Source: an uncultured Chitinophaga sp. (GTDB taxonomy: Bacteria; Bacteroidota; Bacteroidia; UKL13-3). Taken from it: a DNA stretch of 64,000 nucleotides. The position numbers and the translations under genes are program-made. Below, piece after piece: positions 57,677 to 64,000 of the stretch. The stretch spans positions 4,795 to 68,794 of the forward strand of contig CAYHCF010000008.1 in assembly GCA_964355075.1 (NCBI GenBank), written 5' to 3'. The stretch's first letter is position 1. The number at the start of each line of letters is the position of its first letter. The notes beneath the pieces were generated by a model. It was not told the DNA's origin. It searched no databases and was given only the letters and a program-made list of their open reading frames with translations.

Positions 57677-58932
57677 TACCCTTGCGAAATTTTAGATGCT
57701 TGAGTTTTCAGAGATAATTCTATTTTAGAATCAGACTTAAGCAGATAAACAGTATCGATGAAGAACCATAATAAAAATACACTACAGTAATAGTTGCAAT
57801 TTGGCATGATGTTAAACTGAATAATAAAAATCAGAAAAAAAACAAAAGTACCTGATTTAAATGCCCTTTTTGCTAACAGAAAAATAAGATAAACAAAAAC
57901 CAGAAACAGAATTCCATATTGACCACCAAGAAAAATAAACCCATTATGTGGCAGAGCCTTTTCCCAGTTTTGAAATTCACCATAAGCCTGAACATAATTG
58001 CACGATCCAGGTCCGTATATAAAATAATTACTTTTAATATATTCCAATCCCCCAATTAAAGAAACTTCACGCGCAAAAGTACTTTGACTAGAGTGGGTAT
58101 TATCCTTTGCAAAAGCAAATCTTGAAAAGGAAGAATCAGGATTTTCGCGCGCATATTGGACCAGTTGGGTCTGAAAAACAAAAACCATAAAAAATATTAA
58201 TAAAGAAAATCCCAAGAGATAAGGTAATATATTCCTTTTAAATAAAGGTGCCACATAAAATAAAAAAACTAAAAAATAAAGCATAAACCCCAGTCTGGAA
58301 CCCGATATTTCCACAAGATAAAAACAAAGACTCAACAAAAGCACAACGAATATTATTTTACGAAAACCTGATTTTATTTTTAGATCATACAAAATCATAG
58401 CTAAATATATAACAACCATAACAGCAAAGGATGTGGCATCAATAAGAGTACCCCCCACTCTTGACATTTTTTTTTCATAACCCGGAGGCAAAAAGAGCGA
58501 AAATGCAAATGGTGCATTTATTTCTATAAGTCCCTCAATAAACAATATTATTAATGAAGTGATGCAAATCCTGAATAAATATTTTTTGATTCCTTCGAAA
58601 TCTTTGAAAAGCTGAAAGGTCCAGCTAAAATAAAGACTATAAATTAAAACCCTGATCAAATCATTGAAATTTGGAGAACGCGTATTGAGCAGATAATCAA
58701 TCACTAAAAAGATAATAGAGAAAATAAAATAAAACATTACGTTCCAGTTATTTAGTAAACTCAGGTATACTTTTAAATCAAAGTGTTTGAGAAAATAATA
58801 TAAAGAAATAAGCAGACAGCCTGTTAAAAGCAAGTTGGATGGAAGAAAAATAAGGTGTGAAAAAAAGTATAGGTTATTAAACAGGATAATTCCAAGCACA
58901 AAATTCAATATGTATTCTAACTTATCTCGCAT
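57676..58932 (-). CDS. Wzy-type polymerase / O-antigen ligase family membrane protein
   Basis: Many TM segments, SGSR, large periplasmic loop, GPG and PHN motifs; located in the polysaccharide locus. Confidence 0.75.
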   Translation of the reverse strand: MRDKLEYILNFVLGIILFNNLYFFSHLIFLPSNLLLTGCLLISLYYFLKHFDLKVYLSLLNNWNVMFYFIFSIIFLVIDYLLNTRSPNFNDLIRVLIYSLYFSWTFQLFKDFEGIKKYLFRICITSLIILFIEGLIEINAPFAFSLFLPPGYEKKMSRVGGTLIDATSFAVMVVIYLAMILYDLKIKSGFRKIIFVVLLLSLCFYLVEISGSRLGFMLYFLVFLFYVAPLFKRNILPYLLGFSLLIFFMVFVFQTQLVQYARENPDSSFSRFAFAKDNTHSSQSTFAREVSLIGGLEYIKSNYFIYGPGSCNYVQAYGEFQNWEKALPHNGFIFLGGQYGILFLVFVYLIFLLAKRAFKSGTFVFFLIFIIQFNIMPNCNYYCSVFLLWFFIDTVYLLKSDSKIELSLKTQASKISQG

Positions 58933-58945
58933 TCGCTATTTAGCA

Positions 58946-59815
58946 TTAGGATACAAATTTCAATGCATACCGGAACATTCGGTTAAATCTGTATTTGTGT
59001 CGAAAATAAGCAAACCAGTTAATAAAAGAAAAATGTTCATCAATCAGGTAGGCAAGAACTCGTTTATTTTCTTTAACATATTTTTGATTTGAGCCAAATT
59101 CAGCCATGTCGAACTGATTCCAGAGTTCTTTTGAACATTGAAATAATTCTGAACTCTGATAGCTAAAATTCTGATCGTGTAATATGGCTGTATACGCAAG
59201 GCATTTGTCGTAAGCTGCTTTCATCCTGGGTATTTTTAAAAACAATAAAATCCAAAAAAAGCTGTCGTCACTGCCTTTGTTATTGACAGGTTCCGGAAAA
59301 CGCAAATCACCAACTGTGCTTCTGTTTAGCAGAACCTGGCCAGGAGAGCGGATAAAATTATAAAGAATAAGATTTTTTAAGGTAAGCCTGGGTTTGAAAT
59401 AAAATATCCGATAACTTTTGGATTTTTTTTCATGAAATAAAATGCCATTCATTAATAAAAAATCCAGATTTTCTTTTTCAGCCCTGTATAGCAGGTCAAA
59501 TAAGGTGGGTTCATAACGATCATCCTGATCCATTGAAAGCACATACTTTGCTTTTGCCAGATCCAGACCTCTGTTCCTGGAAGCGGCCACTCCTATATTT
59601 TTTATATTTATAGTATATATATATGGAATGTTATTAAACGTTTTCAACAAAGGCAAGGGATCTACTTCCGGCGAATCATTTACAATGATCAATTCTAGTA
59701 AAACCAGGTTATGTACTGGGGCATAAATTTCCGAAATATTTTTCAGAAGCCGTTCGAGGAAATCTAACCGCCTGTAAAATGGAATGATAATATTTAAACT
59801 TAGTCTGTCTTTCAA
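58946..59815 (-). CDS. GT2 glycosyltransferase
   Basis: IIIPFY, IVNDSP, NIGVAASRNRG and DQDD motifs. Confidence 0.88.
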   Translation of the reverse strand: MKDRLSLNIIIPFYRRLDFLERLLKNISEIYAPVHNLVLLELIIVNDSPEVDPLPLLKTFNNIPYIYTINIKNIGVAASRNRGLDLAKAKYVLSMDQDDRYEPTLFDLLYRAEKENLDFLLMNGILFHEKKSKSYRIFYFKPRLTLKNLILYNFIRSPGQVLLNRSTVGDLRFPEPVNNKGSDDSFFWILLFLKIPRMKAAYDKCLAYTAILHDQNFSYQSSELFQCSKELWNQFDMAEFGSNQKYVKENKRVLAYLIDEHFSFINWFAYFRHKYRFNRMFRYALKFVS

Positions 59816-61743
59816 TTTTGATAGTATGATTTTTTGAGAATATATTTTGCAATCAGTTTCCTGAGAAGTGCATACAAATAAACATAAAAAGAGTAATGTA
59901 ATCTGATCATTTTCAACTTTTGCTTAATAAAATCCTGATCAAGCTGTATGCCACTTCTTCCTTTTTCATTATATATACAAATTTCCTCATCCAGATATTT
60001 AAACCGAAATAACTTGTTTGAATACAATTGCAGATTGAGATAATAATCAGACAGCAAATGAAATTCTAACTGAAAAGGATTGGATAATAGGGCACTTCGC
60101 GGGTAAAAGATTGCCTGGTGACAAATATTCTGTACAACCAGCTTCATTGCATTAAAAGGTCCGTCGTATGTAACTCCGGAATTCCTGAAACGTACATTTC
60201 CGTAGTAGATGGTATTTGGTTCAGCTATTTGCCTGGCGATGAGGTGAAAAACATTATATAGCTCATCATCATAACCAAGAAAATACAAAAAATCACCGGA
60301 TGCCATTTTAACACCTTTATTCATGGCATCATAAATTCCCAGGTCAGGTTCTGAAATCCATTTTTTAATGATATCATTATTTTCTTTAAGTATTTCAAGT
60401 GTTGCATCTTTTGAACCACCGTCAACCACAATGAGTTCGATATTCGGATAGGTTTGCTGACGGATACTCCGCAAACACCTTCTGAGCAATGATTCTGCCT
60501 GTAAAGTAACCAGCACAATTGATATCAGAGGAGCATTCTTTTTAAAACCCGCCGTTGCGTTTTTGATACTCTCTAGTAATACCTGGCCTAATTTCGCTTC
60601 AAATATTTCTTTTTTTATTAATAGTTCTTCCTTACTTATTTTCTTCAAAGCCAGAGCCTGTATCATCTTCATAGCTAGATCCTGTGGATCTTTCCTGTTA
60701 AAGTAAAGGGTATTTTCATGGTCAATTTCACGATTAATTGAAATATCTGATAATATTACCGGTAAGCCCATACCAATGGCTTCATATACAGAACCTCCAC
60801 CGGGTCCGCCTTCAAACAAAGTTGGTTGAATAAGAGCTATGGCATTATGCATCAGCGCCTTTTGCTTTCTTTTTGAAATATACCCTGTTAATATCAGCCG
60901 GTTTTGAATATCCAAATTTTTAATCAAATTGGTTAGGTATTGCGCATAATAATTATCGCGGTAATCAGAAAACTCACCGGTACAAACCAGTTTTATATTA
61001 TTTAAGGATTCATCTTCCATAAAAATAGCCATTGCCCTAAAAGCTGTTTCATGATCCTTGTGTTTCCAGAATTGATTAGATACAAGAAAATAATTGCCTT
61101 CCATAATTTCTGGAATTGAAAATTCACCTTTTGGATAATCCTGTAAATCGTATAAGGGGCAAAACGGAAGGGCAAATACAGTTGCTCCAGCATTTGGGAT
61201 GAACTGGTGTACATCCGACTTGACTTCCAGGGCATTTACGATTACGGTTGGTGCATCATTCAGGTTGTTTTCAAACAATTTATTGCGATTTTGAATATCT
61301 TTTTGAGAAAATAGTTCAGGTATGTACTTATGTTGAAAATCGAAAACATAACCTACCCATGGCAATGGAAAGTCTTTTCCCAGACTTTTATAACAGGGTA
61401 AAACGACATCTACTTTTTCTTCAATTGCTATTTGTGCAAGCGTTTTCTGATCTGAATCATATATTATCCATTTATTTATTCCCTCAACCTTAAATGATTC
61501 CTGCAATATCTTAGGATCGAGTATTTTCCTTTCTCCTCCTTTTCTTTTAAGATTTTTCTTGATAAAGGATTTTATTTGAGTCAGCAACAATACTGATATT
61601 GAAGATTTATGGAAAGGAACCAATATGACAATTTCAAGTTCCGTTTCTTTTTGAATGGAATTAAAACCCCTCAGAATAAGCTGAAGAAAATCAATTCCAC
61701 CACCCCACTCCTGAAAGTAATCAGCATTAATCCCAATCCTCAT
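59812..61743 (-). CDS. Fused GT4 (WbdP-like) and GT2 glycosyltransferase
   Basis: N-part WGGGIDF, DFQH, NQFWKHKDH.TAF and QPTLFEGGPGGG; C-part VDGGSKD and SEPDLGIYDAMNKG. Confidence 0.88.
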   Translation of the reverse strand: MRIGINADYFQEWGGGIDFLQLILRGFNSIQKETELEIVILVPFHKSSISVLLLTQIKSFIKKNLKRKGGERKILDPKILQESFKVEGINKWIIYDSDQKTLAQIAIEEKVDVVLPCYKSLGKDFPLPWVGYVFDFQHKYIPELFSQKDIQNRNKLFENNLNDAPTVIVNALEVKSDVHQFIPNAGATVFALPFCPLYDLQDYPKGEFSIPEIMEGNYFLVSNQFWKHKDHETAFRAMAIFMEDESLNNIKLVCTGEFSDYRDNYYAQYLTNLIKNLDIQNRLILTGYISKRKQKALMHNAIALIQPTLFEGGPGGGSVYEAIGMGLPVILSDISINREIDHENTLYFNRKDPQDLAMKMIQALALKKISKEELLIKKEIFEAKLGQVLLESIKNATAGFKKNAPLISIVLVTLQAESLLRRCLRSIRQQTYPNIELIVVDGGSKDATLEILKENNDIIKKWISEPDLGIYDAMNKGVKMASGDFLYFLGYDDELYNVFHLIARQIAEPNTIYYGNVRFRNSGVTYDGPFNAMKLVVQNICHQAIFYPRSALLSNPFQLEFHLLSDYYLNLQLYSNKLFRFKYLDEEICIYNEKGRSGIQLDQDFIKQKLKMIRLHYSFYVYLYALLRKLIAKYILKKSYYQN

Positions 61744-61745
61744 TT

Positions 61746-62390
61746 CTATTTTATTCTTTTTGCAGGTATTCCTATATAAGTTCCAGGTTCATCAATACTC
61801 TTTGTTACCACAGCTCCTGCACCGATTACAGCAGCATTGCAAACCGAAATTCTTTCTAAAATAACTGCTCCGGTTCCAACAAAAACATCATTCCCAAAAT
61901 GAACATTTCCAGAAATATGACTTCCCGGAGATATCGTTGAATAATCGCCAATCGAAGAATCATGGCCAATGGTTGCTCCTAAATTAATATGTACAAAATT
62001 CCCGATTTTAATATCTGTTGTCAATATCGTTCCGGCACAGAAAATATTGCCTATGCCATACTCAATCTTAGAATTGCGCTTATCAAATAATACATTGGGA
62101 TGGATTAGATTTGGGTAATAGATTTGCTTGAATTGATGAAAACTTTCATGTATTTTTCTTTTAATGAGTGGACTGCCAATTGAAAAAAAAGCATTTATTA
62201 CATCATTTTGAGGAATCATATTCAAAAACTCATTTTCATCAATTACCTTTTTCCCGTTAATTAATTTTCCGATATCGTTTCTACTCACAAAAAAATCCGG
62301 AGGATACGATTCCTGCCCATCCCGAATCAGATCATTTATGAGCCAATCAACTTCTTTGGCGAATCCTGCTGAACCAAAAATTACATTCAT
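61746..62390 (-). CDS. Sugar N-acetyltransferase, PglD/NeuD/PerB family (hexapeptide repeats)
   Basis: IFGSAGFAKEV Rossmann-like start, IGHD catalytic His, LbH repeats, GIPAK; adjacent to the perosamine synthase. Confidence 0.88.
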   Translation of the reverse strand: MNVIFGSAGFAKEVDWLINDLIRDGQESYPPDFFVSRNDIGKLINGKKVIDENEFLNMIPQNDVINAFFSIGSPLIKRKIHESFHQFKQIYYPNLIHPNVLFDKRNSKIEYGIGNIFCAGTILTTDIKIGNFVHINLGATIGHDSSIGDYSTISPGSHISGNVHFGNDVFVGTGAVILERISVCNAAVIGAGAVVTKSIDEPGTYIGIPAKRIK

Positions 62391-62396
62391 TTTGTA

Positions 62397-63488
62397 TTAT
62401 TTAACATTGTTGATCAGGCAACAAATTAATTCAACTTGCTCCTTGGTTAATGATGGATAACTCGGCAAATTTATTCCTCTACTCCCCAATTCCTCAGCTA
62501 CAGGATATTCTTGATTTTTTTTGAAGTACATAGGCATTGTATGTATTGGATAAAAAAATGGTCGTGTTTCAATACCTTCTTTCTCCAATGTTTCCCTTAT
62601 ATTATCTCTCTGTGATGAATCCTTTGCTAAGATGGAACACATCCAATAAGAGTGATAAACATCCTTATGTTCGGCATGAAAAACTATATCGTCATTTTTT
62701 ATGCTCGACAAATACCATTGAGCCACTTGTTTTTTTTGAGTCAGAAAATTTTCAACTTGCTCTAACTGAGCTAAGCCAATGGCTGCACAAATATTTGTCA
62801 TCCTGTAATTATAACCAATTACATCATGCCAGTATTGCCGGTTCTTGGCCAGACCTTGCCCTTTAAAATGAAAGGTTCTGTCATATAAAGTTTCGTCATT
62901 TGTGACCACCATTCCACCTTCACCTGAAGTAATGGTTTTATTTCCAAAGAAACTGAAAGTTGAAATATTTCCAAAAGTTCCTACATGTTTACCTTTGTAT
63001 TTTGAACCAATTGCTTCGGCACAATCCTCAATCAGAAACAAATTATTTTGCTGACAAATTTTTAAAAGCGCATCCATATCACAGGCATGTCCGTATAAAT
63101 GAACGGCCAAAACTGCCTTTGTTTTTGAAGTTATTTTAGCCATTACATCCTCTGGATTCATTTGCCAGGTATCAGCCAAACTATCCACAAAAACAGGAGT
63201 TGCACCTGTATATGATATGGCGTTTACAGAAGCGATATAAGTAAGAGTTGGTACAATTACTTCGTCATCCGGGCCAATTCCGAGGGCAATTAATGCTAAA
63301 TGAATTGCAACAGTTCCATTACAAACAGTGGCTGCATAATTTATCCCAATATAGGCGGCAAATTGTTTTTCAAATTCTCCAATAAATTTTCCTTTAGAGG
63401 AAATCCAGGTAGAATCCAGACACTCATTAACATACTTTTTTTCATTACCGTATAAGGAGGGTTGGTATACAGGTATCTTTATTTCCAT
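62397..63488 (-). CDS. per: GDP-perosamine synthase (DegT/DnrJ aminotransferase)
   Basis: IPVYQPSL.G.EK.YVNECLDSTWISSKG, EDCAEA, FSFFGNKTIT.GEGG, GYNYRMTN and ETRPFFYP closely follow Per/RfbE as I recall them. Confidence 0.88.
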   Translation of the reverse strand: MEIKIPVYQPSLYGNEKKYVNECLDSTWISSKGKFIGEFEKQFAAYIGINYAATVCNGTVAIHLALIALGIGPDDEVIVPTLTYIASVNAISYTGATPVFVDSLADTWQMNPEDVMAKITSKTKAVLAVHLYGHACDMDALLKICQQNNLFLIEDCAEAIGSKYKGKHVGTFGNISTFSFFGNKTITSGEGGMVVTNDETLYDRTFHFKGQGLAKNRQYWHDVIGYNYRMTNICAAIGLAQLEQVENFLTQKKQVAQWYLSSIKNDDIVFHAEHKDVYHSYWMCSILAKDSSQRDNIRETLEKEGIETRPFFYPIHTMPMYFKKNQEYPVAEELGSRGINLPSYPSLTKEQVELICCLINNVK

Positions 63489-63515
63489 AATCAAATCAAG
63501 CTGTACAAATAAAAG

Positions 63516-64000
63516 TTATTTAAGCCAAATACCCTTTGCTTTTTTATTAATGAGCAAATAATATTGATAAGGACTCAAAATAGCACCAGGAAGTAAGCAC
63601 AAAATTGTTGAAAGGATAACGCCTTCAACCCCCATACTGCAATATTTACAAAGAAAAATAGATAAAGGCACATTTAGAACAGCTAAAAAAATGGAACCGA
63701 TAAACTGCACCCTAATGGTATCCATTCCGTTAATAAAGTAAGAAAAAATACTGTTCCAACTGCTTAGTAATACAAAAAATGCCATAAGATATGCAAGATT
63801 CTGACTATAAAAAATAGGTGTATTAATCCAGATTTTCAGTATAAAAGGCAAACTCAAAACCATTAGGGTTAAAAGAAAAGCAAAAATAATCCAAAATTTG
63901 ATAAGTCTCTTTACTGTCCCTTTTATCCAACTAATTTCATTCTTAATGTAAGCATCTGTAAATCCAGACCATAAGGGTGCCATAATGATTGAAAACCCCA
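63516..64000 (-). CDS. Wzx-type polysaccharide flippase, 5' truncated by window edge
   Basis: Frame open to the window end (GFSIIMAPLWSGFTDAY), multiple TM helices, directly upstream of per. Confidence 0.8.
   Translation of the reverse strand, partial: GFSIIMAPLWSGFTDAYIKNEISWIKGTVKRLIKFWIIFAFLLTLMVLSLPFILKIWINTPIFYSQNLAYLMAFFVLLSSWNSIFSYFINGMDTIRVQFIGSIFLAVLNVPLSIFLCKYCSMGVEGVILSTILCLLPGAILSPYQYYLLINKKAKGIWLK

Noticed and set aside
38-62866. Numerous 60-156 aa ORFs antisense to or nested in the main genes (e.g. 9455-9856, 45983-46396, 48082-48552)
   Set aside because: They are shadow frames of well-supported genes, with no recognisable motifs.
1-64000. tRNA, rRNA or tmRNA genes
   Set aside because: No cloverleaf with T-loop GTTCGA and acceptor stem, and no rRNA-like sequence, was seen in any intergenic region; a covariance-model scan would be needed to exclude small ncRNAs.

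Overview
AT-rich chromosomal window from a Bacteroidota bacterium, judged from type IX secretion (T9SS) substrates, a DUF5103/plug-like gene, a TamL-like lipoprotein and TAnnTTTG -7 promoter boxes. Most of it is housekeeping: kdsB, a PhoB/PhoR-like pair, LptF/G, queE, ribBA, ABC-F, RluA, lon, TrmH, mtaB, dapA, Sua5, fmt, thiolase, fabI and a DEAD-box helicase. It also holds several secreted T9SS cargo genes (propeller, PKD, S8 and M43 proteases) and, from about 54.2 kb to the end, the distal part of a Wzx/Wzy polysaccharide locus with an E. coli O157-like wzx-per-acetyltransferase-wbdP block. I saw no rRNA, tRNA, CRISPR array, integrase or intact transposase. The unexplained structure is: (i) a 1,035-bp PIN toxin/small-partner cassette with its own promoter box, bracketed by two alleles of the 3' end of a mobA-like gene, with no recombinase nearby; (ii) a two-gene module of a tiny T9SS-CTD protein and a CTD-less collagen/knob/lectin fibre resembling a phage tail fibre; (iii) strand-polarised 7-8 bp tandem arrays, several starting at stop codons and some forming inverted arms; (iv) several palindromic REP/MITE-like families, one next to an IS200/RAYT transposase remnant and one translated into the RibBA C-terminus. 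All family assignments come from motif recognition by eye; no database searches were run.
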